This document shows positions 8,980-19,753 of a stretch of DNA of 64,000 nucleotides, piece after piece. The notes beneath the pieces are model-generated. The model did not search any database, was not told the origin of the DNA, and worked only from the letters and a program-made list of their open reading frames with translations. The translations under genes were made by a program, and so were the position numbers. The stretch's first letter is position 1. Every line of letters starts with the position of its first letter. Origin of the DNA: Anaerostipes sp. (GTDB lineage: Bacteria; Bacillota; Clostridia; Lachnospirales; Lachnospiraceae); the NCBI GenBank assembly GCA_028704435.1, contig JAQWFL010000011.1, positions 2,559 through 66,558 on the forward strand, given 5' to 3'.

Positions 8980-11717
8980 ATAGCGATAGGTAAGAGTCAC
9001 TACCCATAGGGTAGGCTCTTTTCCCCCGCCTCACACCGTACGTGAGAGTTTCCCCTCATACGGCGCTCCATCATTATTTACTTTGCATTAGAATTATCCA
9101 AAACATTTTCTTTAATCTCATAGTTATTTATTGCTTTTCTTAATTTATTCAGTTTTTCCAAGTTGATATATTCACCATATTTTCCAAAATAGTATATTAT
9201 TTCTTTTTGATTGTTTGCATGAATAAGTTTGTGAATATCTCTATGAATGACAACTAGATTACCGTAGCTGTCATCCCTCTTTTTACTCGTCTTATGGTGA
9301 CAATAAATCTCATCATATTGCAAAAGCTTTCCAGTAATATAACACTTTCCATTCTGTGCCACATAACGTGATATTCTATTATCTATGAACTGAATTGATT
9401 CATCATGGCTAGGTGCTTCCAATAACTGCCTAACTACTGACAAATCCATCTTCAACATTTTGTGTATCTTGCCCCTACCCTCGTGTGTATATTTGTTGAC
9501 CACCTGTGCCTTCTTCATCAGCACACGCATCTTTGAATATCCCACTGGTGCTATTGCAAAACCATCAAGGAATCTTAGTTGCTCGCTTGAACCATATCTT
9601 TCAACAATACTTCTGTTTATTATTATTTTGGTTTCAGCGTAGTTCCTGCCTTTCCTCTTTTTCCTTTTTTTCATGCGCTCAATCTGTTTTCTTGACTTTA
9701 AATCTTTTCCCAATCGATTTTTCATTACACAGTTGACCTGTCGTGCTATTCTCGCACAATCTTGACTGACCAATACCGCCATGCTGTAATAATTATGCAC
9801 TCCCATGACCATAGAATTATACTTCTGAACTTGTGCGTATCTATCTTTCCTGTCCTTAGCTGTTTGGACTGCTCCAACTTGTAAAATAAGATTTCTAGTG
9901 ACTTTTTTAATTGCTTTATCAGTCATGTGGCTTGTGCTAACATACTTCTTGCCCTTTTTCCTTACTTTCATTTTGATACCCAGAAACTCTGTATATTGCT
10001 TTCTAAGGTTTGTAATCTTAGATTTTTCCTCTGAAATATCAAGTCGCAATCTCTCTTTTAGCCATTGTCTGACAGCGTGAAATACTCTTTCCGCTACAGC
10101 ATATGACCTACAAAATATCTTAAAATCATCAGCATAACGCACTATATACATCTCTTTTAGTTTGGTGTGCTTTTTCAGCATATTCATTTTGCTGTCTTTA
10201 CAGGAATATTCATGTTCTGTGGGTATTTCTACCCACTGGCTTTGCACCCACCAGTCCAATTCATTGAGAACTATGTTTGATAGCAAGGGCGAAAGTATGC
10301 CTCCTTGCGGTGTTCCCTTTGTGGGATATACAATTTCTCCTGATGGCATTTTGATTGGTGCTTTTAACATTTCCTTAATTATTGAAATCAGCTTCTTATC
10401 CCTTATGCCAAGTGTCCATATCTGTTTTATCAGCTTACTATGGTCTACATTGTCAAAGAAGCCTTTTATATCAACATCAACAACAAAATGTAGCTTTCCA
10501 GCATACATATAGCTGTTCGCCTGTGCTAAAGCATTTTCACACGACCTATTCGGTCTGAAACCGTAACTTTTATCATGGAATTTTGCTTCACAAATCGGCT
10601 CAAGTACCTGCAATATACACTGTTGCACTATTCTATCTTCAATCGTTGGAATTCCGAGCGGTCTGTATTTTCCACTGCCCGGATATTTTTCTATTTCTAC
10701 CCTCCTTACTGCTTTTGGCTTATACCATTTCAACTTGAATTTAACTTTCTCAATGAATTCACTCTCACTAAGCTTTCTGACATCCTCTATCGTATAACCA
10801 TCCACTCCTGCCGTATTGCTACCACCATTGTTTCTGATATTACGGTATGCCAGTCTGATATTATCTTCTGAACCAATTATCTTCATAAGGTTTGTAAAGA
10901 ACTCTCCCTTTAAGCTTTGCTCATACAATCCATCAAATAACTTTTGTGTATCATAATATTCATTGTTACGCAGCTTCTGCGATTTCTGAATTTGTTTTGG
11001 CATAGGAACATCACTCCCTTCTTTGTGAACGAGTGACTTTTTTGTCTTACTCGAACCCCACGTCTGAATGATAATCCTAATACTTTTGTAACTAATGACT
11101 AGTGGCTATCCCTCCACAGCTTATTATCACTGCTTCATAGGTACTGTGCCACCACTCATGCCACCTGTTAATGTGCTTATTATTCTTCGTCACAATCGTA
11201 GTAATACGCAGGTAGCCTTCCACGTTCCGATAGACCTATCTTTTCATAACAGCCTTAGGTTTTTGCTCTGAGCCTGCCAGCTTGATATTGCCTGTAACAA
11301 TATATGGTTTTTCATAACGACGATTTTTACTCAACCACACTGGCTCCGCATTTACGGCATGTGCATTTCTACACATTCATCCTTTAGACCCGTACATTCG
11401 CAATTTCGTCAGAGATTTCTCTCATTCTCCCCATAGCTATTTTATAGACCCCATAAGTTTCATACACATTTGGCACCTCTGCCGCATTTTCCTCGACTTT
11501 ACGTTAGGGTGTATTTCCTCAATTCTTCACCGTGCTTTGAACCCAGACCATTTCCAGCCTACGCACAACGGAGTATTAGGGTGGCATTTCAAGGCGTTAC
11601 CCTATCATTCTACCTATTAGTCTATCAGTTCTACTAATTTGAACTTTCACGTCCTTATATTAGTGCCTGCTTTTGTATGCGTTTTCACACACTTTTATAT
11701 GCAGGAACGTGTCGCAC
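8980..11717 (-). mobile_element. Group II intron (class B-like), 2738 nt
   Basis: 5' GTGCG at 11717, 3' ...CGCTAT at 8980; domain V GAGCGCCGTATGAGGGGAAACTCTCACGTACGGTGTG (~9033-9068); removal restores FIHD-A-KTDAQR. Confidence 0.95.
9078..11003 (-). CDS. ltrA: Group II intron reverse transcriptase/maturase with HNH endonuclease
   Basis: RPLGIP, SYGFRP, GTPQGGILSPLL, RYADDF; C-terminal CHH...NL...H...H. Confidence 0.95.
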   Translation of the reverse strand: MPKQIQKSQKLRNNEYYDTQKLFDGLYEQSLKGEFFTNLMKIIGSEDNIRLAYRNIRNNGGSNTAGVDGYTIEDVRKLSESEFIEKVKFKLKWYKPKAVRRVEIEKYPGSGKYRPLGIPTIEDRIVQQCILQVLEPICEAKFHDKSYGFRPNRSCENALAQANSYMYAGKLHFVVDVDIKGFFDNVDHSKLIKQIWTLGIRDKKLISIIKEMLKAPIKMPSGEIVYPTKGTPQGGILSPLLSNIVLNELDWWVQSQWVEIPTEHEYSCKDSKMNMLKKHTKLKEMYIVRYADDFKIFCRSYAVAERVFHAVRQWLKERLRLDISEEKSKITNLRKQYTEFLGIKMKVRKKGKKYVSTSHMTDKAIKKVTRNLILQVGAVQTAKDRKDRYAQVQKYNSMVMGVHNYYSMAVLVSQDCARIARQVNCVMKNRLGKDLKSRKQIERMKKRKKRKGRNYAETKIIINRSIVERYGSSEQLRFLDGFAIAPVGYSKMRVLMKKAQVVNKYTHEGRGKIHKMLKMDLSVVRQLLEAPSHDESIQFIDNRISRYVAQNGKCYITGKLLQYDEIYCHHKTSKKRDDSYGNLVVIHRDIHKLIHANNQKEIIYYFGKYGEYINLEKLNKLRKAINNYEIKENVLDNSNAK

Positions 11718-14700
11718 CGTCATGAATAAATGCGATCTCTTCCGCAGGAATACCATATTGAATCAACGTATCCTTCAGATAATCGTAAACTGTAAAGTCT
11801 TTATCAGCTCCTGGCGTACCAATGTCCGAAAAAATAAGCTGACAACCAATACGGCCATCAGCTTTCGCTTTTTCATATTCTGTAAATACATTCTCTGCTA
11901 CTTTGTTGAGCTTTCCATCTGGATTATTCGGTGCATCCTTATCAATCAGTCTTGCATCCGTACCAAGTAGTCTTGCTTCATGTGTAATCTTAAGGAAGTT
12001 ATCCTCGGATGGATCAACCCCACCATTACGGATTCGTTCCGCTCTTACAACGAAATCTTCCATCACCTGCTTTACATACCAGTCTGGTTCAGATTCCACA
12101 ATAATCGCTTTTCCGTCTCTTAATGCCGGTACATCCAGATCCAACATATCCGATGTCTGTACATCTGCTACTTCTCTAAAAATGTTCATCAATTCTGGAA
12201 GATTCGTAAACTTATTGAATCTGCTCTTGAATCGGAATCCACTGCCTTCTACCGTAAGCTCCAATGCTGTAGTGACTTCACCAAAGTTTGATGCCCAGGA
12301 ATCAAAGTGATAGATTCCCATCTGTTCCAATGCTTCTTTTTGTAGATACAGCTGCATGACATACATCTCACACATAGTATTGCTGATTGGAGTACCTGTT
12401 GCAAACACAATTCCCCTTCCATTATTGATTTCACTAAGGTACTGGCACTTCAACTGCATATCCGTGGACTTCTTTGCCCCTGAACTGCTGATGCCAGATA
12501 CATTGTTCATCTTAGAAAATATCGCCAAATTCTTAAAGTTGTGCGCCTCGTCTACCATGATAGAATCGACACCCAATTCCTCAAAGGTAATCAGGTCATC
12601 TTTTCGGCTCTCATCGGTCAGTGATTTCAGTTGTTCCTCCAGCTTTTTCTTCTGCGCCTCCATCTGCTTCACTGTCCATCGTTCGCCATTCTGCGATTTC
12701 ATATCATCAATAGCATAGGTGATTTCAGAAATCTGTTCATTCAGCATTCGTTCTTTTCTCTCAGCAGATATTGGAATCTTCTCGAACTGCGAATGAGACA
12801 TGATAATTGCATCATAATCTCCTGTTGCTATTCTTGATACAAACTGCTTTCTTCTGCTCTTTTCGAAGTCACGCTCTGTTGCCACTAAGATATTCGCTGA
12901 CGGATAAAGTCGTAAGAACTCCGAAGCAGTCTGTCCAATTAAAGGTTTCGGAACGACCAGAACTGTCTTATTGGCAAGTCCCAATCGTTTCTGTTCCATA
13001 CAGGCTGCCATCATCTCAAAAGACTTGCCTGCACCAACACAATGAGCAAGTAAGGTATTACCACCAAGTAAAATTCTTGCAACTGCATTCTTCTGATGTG
13101 GCTTTAACTCAATCTCTGGATTCATGCCAGGAAACTGTAAATGGCTTCCATCGTATTCACGAAGTCTGCTGTTGTTAAAGGTCTCATTGTAATATTCCAC
13201 ATACTTCGCCCTGCGCTCTGGATTCGAGAATAGCCAGTCTTTGAATTTTTCCTTCATCTGGCTCTGCTTTTCTCTTGCAAGCATGGTCTCATTCTTATTT
13301 ACAACATAATGGTACTTACCATCTCCATCATCCACACGGTCACGGACTGTTACCGTCTTTAAATTTAACGTATCTTCAAAAATAGAATACGCATCCATGC
13401 GGCTTGTACCATACGTCTTGGTAGATGCTACAGAATGCTTATCCATGGATTTGTTCTCAATGAACCAGTCCATGCTCAGTTTATTCAAATGAACCTGAAT
13501 GCCAGTATTATACCACTGACTTCTGACTGCTCTTGCTCGTCTTGGAGTATTCAATAAATCATATATGAACTCCTCATAGTCAGTTGGCTCAATCCACGTT
13601 GTTCCAATACGGACATCAATATCCGATGCTTCAATATCCACAGGCTGCATTTTTTCCAAAGATTCAATGTTAATTGCAAATCTCGGATCATCATTTACCG
13701 CTGCCTTTGCTACACGCAGTTTATCTCTCACATTACCGGACAAATATTCATCTGATGTTTCCCATCCTGTATTCGGATTGTTCTCATTGTAATTGGCTGG
13801 ATTTAAGAAAATCAGTCCTTCCAGTTCCTGCACCAGTGCAGCTCTTTTTAATTCCACTTCCAGATCTTCCGAAAAGCCAACCTCATCTGCTGTTGTTCCC
13901 TCCTTCTTTGCAACCTCTTCCCTGATGGAAGTGATATCCGGCTCATAGATACTTAACATATATGGAATGTTCACTGCACCAAATTCATTGACAGATACAT
14001 TAAGTGCTTCCACCGCTGTTTCCACACGCTCAATGACTGTCTTTGCTTTAATGGTCTGCTTATAGAACATATCTGCCTTTCGCACTTCTCCATCCTCGTT
14101 AACCTCTTCCAAAGAACACAGGAGCGGATAATCACTATCATCACGAAAAGCAATTCTGTTTCCTTTACCTGTGATAACCCCATACTTTTCTACAAAGCTG
14201 TCATACTTCTTATTCAGAACCCTTTGCTTTTCTGCAAGCTCCTCGTCACTGCATCCCTCCATCTGAATATCAATCAATTCTCTTGTTACCTGTCTGATTT
14301 CATCCATCAGGCGGATTCTATCCTCCGCTGCCTGCGACATATTCTGTCTTACCATCTCTGAATTCTCCCTGTAATATAACTTTCCTTCAAAAAACGTATA
14401 GGTGAAGTTTCTTACATCGGGATTGGCTGGTATGACATCTTCGTTTACCTCTTCTGCTTCGGCTACTCTGTCGAAATCTGTCATTTCTGCCCGAATGTTA
14501 TGAATTGCATGATTTAATGCCTCATACATATTGAAATTCTCATCATCATTCACACAGACTGTATAACGAGAGTCTTTTCCATAGATTCGATCATCCAGTT
14601 CCATATGCCCAAGCATCATTTCCGGATGTTCTACGAAATAGCTGTTCACTGCAATTCCATTCTCGGTGTAACCAAGGTGTACCCAGTCAGGCTCAATATC

Positions 14701-17700
14701 AATCTTTCGTTCTCTTTTCTGCAAGAACAGAATATCGGAAGTCACTTCAGTACCCGCACTTTCCTTAAATGCAGTGTTTGGAAGTCTGACCGCTCCTACA
14801 AGCTCTGCCCTCTCTGCCAGATACTTTCGGATAGTCGGATTACTCTTATCAAGTGTTCCTTTTGTGGTAATTACTGCCACAATTCCACCAGGTCTGACCT
14901 GATCTAATGCTTTTGCAATGAAGTAATCATGAATACGGAAATTATACTTATTGTACTTTGGATCAAATATCTTATAATCTCCAAATGGTACATTTCCAAT
15001 GACTGCATCAAAGAAATTATCTGGATAAGTGGTCTTTTCAAACCCTGTAATACTAATATTGGCTTTCTGGTATAACTGACCTGCGATTCTTCCTGAAATA
15101 CTATCTAGTTCCACACCATACAGATTGCTTCTCTGCAATGGTGTTGGCAGTGTACCAAAGAAATTGCCGATACCCATAGATGGCTCTAATACATTTCCGC
15201 CACGGAATCCGAACTGCACCAATGCCTGGGAGATACAGCTTGCCACCTCTGGTGCTGTGTAAAATGCATTATTGACGGTAGCTCTAGCTGCTGTGTATTC
15301 CTCCTCAGACAGCAATGTCTTCAGTTCGTCATATTCTTTTTTCCAACTTGCATTGTTATCATCAAATGCCTGTGATAATCCACCCCATCCGACATAATTC
15401 GCCAAAATCTTCTGTTCTTCAGATGTTGCAAGTCTGCCCTCTGCTTCGATCTTTTTCAAAGTATTGATAGCATCTACATTCCACTGATATCTGGTCTTGG
15501 CTCCGCCTTTTGGTACTTCCCATAAATTATAGTGGAAGTTACTTTTGGTATCATCTGGTTCCAATACCTTTGAAGTTTCTGCATCTTCTACATTCTCCGT
15601 ATCCTTATCATCCGTCTGTGCACTAGCAGTCTGTGAATCCACAACATTCGTCTCAGTATTCCAATTTCTCTGCTTCTCATTATTCTCAAGAAATTCCTGT
15701 TGTTTCTCCTTAAACTCCTGATAAATAGGAGATAATGACTCCAATTCTCCCTGCATCATGGAATTGTATCTGGCTTTCTGATCTTCTCCACAGTAAAAAG
15801 GCTGCTTTGCCATATAAGTCAATACTTCATACAGCTCACGGTAACCTGTTGTTTCTGTTACCCTCTCACCATGTCGATTCTTAAGACTCATCTGAACCTT
15901 AAATGGTTTCATGACATACTCCACAAGCCCATACTTATTGTTGCAGTATCCCTTTCGTTCTTCTCTGTCTCCAAGAACGATTTTGGATAAGAACTCTAAA
16001 CGGTTCGGCATTAACAGATTCTCCGTCGAAGCCAAGTCCTGTAGAAATGCTTTGAACGGAGTGTAAATACTGCAATCTGTCACAAGAATTTCCATGGCAT
16101 CACGCTTATCCTCGTCCATCTCTGCAATGAGTTTTCCATAATCAGTAGGAACAACTGCAAGTGCTTCTGGTTCAGTATCTTCTGGCGCATGGTCAGTCTC
16201 TGCTGCCATCTCTGCACCATATTCAGCCATCGTTACCATGCGGTCTTCCTCTGCAAGCTCCTCTGGTGTCATTCCAGTCAATTCTTCTGGTGTACTGCTT
16301 GAAGCAATACGCTCACTTTCATAACTTTCTGGTTCATCCGGAATTGCAAAATCATCAAGTACATCATGCTCCTCTGATTCCACCTCACGAAACTCTGCAT
16401 CAATGGCATCTTCCCTGTCACCATCCATGGTACTTTCATCCATAGAATTACGTTCTGGCTGATATTCACCTGTCAATATTAGAACACCGATTTCTTTTTC
16501 GACATTCTTCCATGACACATATCCTTCCTTTTCGCCCTCTTCATCACGCCACTGAAAACGAAGTCCCTGGGCATGAAAGGAATCATAACCATGAAGTCCA
16601 TAGCCTTCGATTGGCCAGCCAGCTCCGCCCTGTCCATATTCTTTCTTAATCAGCTTCGCCCTTGTGCCTGCATCTATCTCATTCTGGAATATCTGGCAGA
16701 TGCGGGTTCTCCCATTCTCAAATCCAGAACCACGAAGCAGTGTGTATACTACAAACTCATGTGGTACGACAAGCTCCTTTTTCGGTTCAAGATAGGTAAA
16801 CTTCTGACCTCTGTATTCATAGGAATTACCACTCTTTTTCACAGTCGTAAGCTCTGCATCATTCTGTCCTGCAAGTCCAAAATCTGCATCAAAAAAGGAA
16901 GCCTGATGATACTCGGCTTCCCTGTTATTTCCAAATGAATTCAATTCATCCAGTTCTCTATTAAATGCAGCAAGTTCACTTGCTTGCAAGGGTGAACTTG
17001 CAAATGCTGATGACGAAGTGCTTTTTTCTTCGTCATATAGTTCTTCATCTTCTAATGGAACATCAATACTACCTGATTCAGCACTACTTCCTCTGCCTGC
17101 ATCTTCGCCTGTTCCCTTAACTTCCACATTTCCATCGTGGATGATGGATTCTGTGGTTTGTGCTTCGTGAGATAACTCTCCATCAGCTGATCCAGAAGAT
17201 TGTTCGCTTCCTCGTCCACTTCCTTCATCTTCTCTTCTAACATCCCGAATCGGTAAAGTGTCTTGTATCTGGCTGGTTCGTTCTCCTTCAGGTACTTCTT
17301 TGCCATTCTTCCGTATTTCCCCAGATTTGTTAAGTTCTGTTCCTCCGGCATCTGGATATCCGGATACAGTAGTCCGTCCACTTCGTAGTACGTTAATGCC
17401 ATCTCTGCCATGTGACATGCTCCTTTCATTCTCAATGATCTTCAAGTTACAACTAAAACCTCTCAGAACACTACAGGAGACATCGCATACAAGAGAACCA
17501 AGACGGTAAACCATATCTTCATCGGATATATTTACAATCTGACTAAAATCCTGTTCTGACACAGATAAGTCAAATCCACATCTCGTACCTACCACATATA
17601 AGACACTGGCTGCAACGAATTGTTCCGCTGTATCCATATCCTCTGGTAAGCCCTTGCGTTTTGTAAAAAATTCCTTTATCACACTACCTGATAGCTGATT

Positions 17701-18192
17701 AAATTCGGACATTCGTTCTTCGAATTCCTCTTCTATTATGCCTCTGATCTCTGTTTTTGTAAAGTCTTTTAGCGATGTCATCATAGTATTTCTATCCGTT
17801 ACTTCATACTGATTTAACTGTCCTTCTGATACCAGAAAATCAAGATAATCCTTTAGATTATTTCCATCTAACGACCAGGTAAGATTACGATTTCTTCCAC
17901 CCGTGTCACTGATATCGAAAACGTATTTCATCCTCGGATTAAGTGCTCTTGAGGGGAAGATGGCTATGCCCTTGCTTCCCCTTTTGACAAATCTATCTAC
18001 TTTCTTCCAGGTATCATAATCAGCACAAAGCGTGGAATGTGGTTTCTGAGCATAAATCATCAAAATGTTATCAAACTCAAAGCGGTAAAGGTTTCCTGCT
18101 AATCGCAGCACATCTTTCCATTTTTCCGCTGACTTGGTAACATCGTGAATCTGCTCATCATAAATCGCCTTTACCATATAGTTCACGCTCAT
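11718..18192 (-). CDS. Exon 1 of a giant ArdC-N / N6-adenine methyltransferase / SNF2 helicase (DarB-like); spliced product 2531 aa
   Basis: N-terminal W...YRFEFDNILMIYAQKP...TWKK..RFVKRG; VLEPSMGIGNF and GNVPF; HCVGAGKS, VDEAH, ATGTP. Confidence 0.9.
17052..17411 (-). CDS. tnpV: TnpV-family protein nested out of frame inside the helicase gene (119 aa)
   Basis: LTYYEVDGLLYPDI...LGKYGRMAKKYLKE..PARY...G.LEE...VDEEA...MEMW.LREQAKMQAEEVVL matches the TnpV pattern; AAAGGAG RBS before ATG 17411. Confidence 0.8.
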   Translation of the reverse strand: MAEMALTYYEVDGLLYPDIQMPEEQNLTNLGKYGRMAKKYLKENEPARYKTLYRFGMLEEKMKEVDEEANNLLDQLMESYLTKHKPQNPSSTMEMWKLREQAKMQAEEVVLNQVVLMFH

Positions 18193-18203
18193 ACTGTGTC
18201 CTC

Positions 18204-18578
18204 CTAACGTGTTTCTTTTACCTTATCTCCAAACATGGTCTTGAATAACTTGAATTCTTCCTTATCAAGAAGCACTTCAAATTCCACATCCATCGCCAGT
18301 TTATTGCATCTGTCCTCCTGCTTTTTGATTTTTCGTGCTAATCGAAGCAGAATATAATTCTCTCTGGATAAACGGATACACTCCTTAAAATCAAGTGCTT
18401 TCTCTGCCTGTTCCTGTCTCTTGGCAATTGCCAGTATTAAGACCTTATTAACCTCTTCCACTTCCTCAATAGAAATGGAAACGGATGCTTTTACAGCACC
18501 CGTTCTGTCCCATTCCTTATGAAGTTCCTTTACTAAAAATTCCATATCTTTCTCTAACTTTGTTGCGTCTTTTTTCAT
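18204..18578 (-). CDS. Hypothetical protein (start MKKDATK)
   Basis: AGGAGG RBS before ATG 18578. Confidence 0.6.
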   Translation of the reverse strand: MKKDATKLEKDMEFLVKELHKEWDRTGAVKASVSISIEEVEEVNKVLILAIAKRQEQAEKALDFKECIRLSRENYILLRLARKIKKQEDRCNKLAMDVEFEVLLDKEEFKLFKTMFGDKVKETR

Positions 18579-18594
18579 TCGACTGTTCCTCCTG

Positions 18595-18786
18595 TTATCG
18601 TGTTTTCTCATGTTCTTGTGTGAAAGGCTTAAAATCCACGCCCTTCATATCCTCTGCATCTAAAATAACTTTCTGTCCATAATAAAGATCCATTGCTTTA
18701 CTGATAGCTTCATCCAAGGAATCTGCTTCAATCTTTTCTACTCTGGACAGTTCTTCCTTAATCTCAATATCATAAATCTGTGCCAT
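18595..18786 (-). CDS. DpnD/PcfM-like protein
   Basis: YDIEIKEELSR..KIEADSLDEAI.KA..LY....VILDAED. Confidence 0.75.
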   Translation of the reverse strand: MAQIYDIEIKEELSRVEKIEADSLDEAISKAMDLYYGQKVILDAEDMKGVDFKPFTQEHEKTR

Positions 18787-19697
18787 CAGCGAGCCACCTC
18801 TTTCTTCACAGGCTTCTCAACAAATCCACCATCATATTTCCCATCCTGAAGATTATTGGAAAAAGTATCATCTCTTCCAGTCATGAACTTTTCATACATG
18901 GCATTCTCCGCCTCATGCTTTACAGAATCCGGTAACAATGGATTCTTTGTAATCCTTTTTAAGGCATCGAACTGATCCACTAAACTGTGTCTATAATCAT
19001 AGATTGTCTCAATCTCTTCGACCTCACCATACTTTTGTCTGATTGCAGAAAAATCAATCAATGATGGTGTGCTGCCAAGATATACTCCATGATCCCATTC
19101 CAGACAGGTCATTGCATTATCCTCTGTTGGTTCTTCTCCCTTGGGGAAACGACTATACATTCCTGCTCCGATTGCCACAGTAAGATTTCCACTTTGTGCA
19201 TCCATGAGCAGTAAGTTTCTAGCGGATAACTTTTCAATGACCTTATAATCTCTGCCATTGAAATTATGAAGCACCTCTCCCTGCTCGAATTTTGATTCCA
19301 CTGGCTTATAGGTGAACTGGAATTTTGGATTACTGCTGCCATCCAGACGCATTCCAAGACTTGTCACCTTATCGAGACAATATGCATTACACATAGATTC
19401 CTCAAATATTGTCTTTACCCCTACATCATCAAATCTCCCACCAAGAAATCCTCTAAGCTGCGATTCACAGGTACAAAAACGTGCTTCCACACTCTTATGC
19501 TCTGAAAACTCCACCTTTAACCATTTGCTGTCATCGCTTAATGTCTTTGACAGATCTAATGCAATTTGTCCACTCATAACGAGAGAATCTGTTTTCAGTC
19601 TCACATGAACTAGCATAAAATCATCAAGTGTAGACAAGTAATTCAATGTTCTTCCCTTTAAATGCTCTTTTACGAGCACAATCTCTTCTAACTTCAT
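18786..19697 (-). CDS. Hypothetical ICE protein (start MKLEEIV)
   Basis: GGAGG RBS before ATG 19697. Confidence 0.6.
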   Translation of the reverse strand: MKLEEIVLVKEHLKGRTLNYLSTLDDFMLVHVRLKTDSLVMSGQIALDLSKTLSDDSKWLKVEFSEHKSVEARFCTCESQLRGFLGGRFDDVGVKTIFEESMCNAYCLDKVTSLGMRLDGSSNPKFQFTYKPVESKFEQGEVLHNFNGRDYKVIEKLSARNLLLMDAQSGNLTVAIGAGMYSRFPKGEEPTEDNAMTCLEWDHGVYLGSTPSLIDFSAIRQKYGEVEEIETIYDYRHSLVDQFDALKRITKNPLLPDSVKHEAENAMYEKFMTGRDDTFSNNLQDGKYDGGFVEKPVKKEVAR

Positions 19698-19753
19698 ACA
19701 TACCTCCAATCTGAAAAGAGAACACCTAATCAAAGGCATTCTCTTATCTGTAG

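Noticed and set aside
8980-9034. N-terminus MRRGKRAYPMGSDSYLSL of the 391-aa ORF
   Set aside because: Translated intron domain V/VI sequence, not part of the helicase
9078-11003. RT as a retron, DGR or defence RT
   Set aside because: Has maturase X and HNH domains and lies within a canonical group II intron (GTGCG...AT, domain V); no TR/VR pair seen
16278-16469. Other same-strand nested ORFs in the helicase (also 12249-12434, 13971-14183)
   Set aside because: No RBS or recognisable family, unlike the tnpV frame
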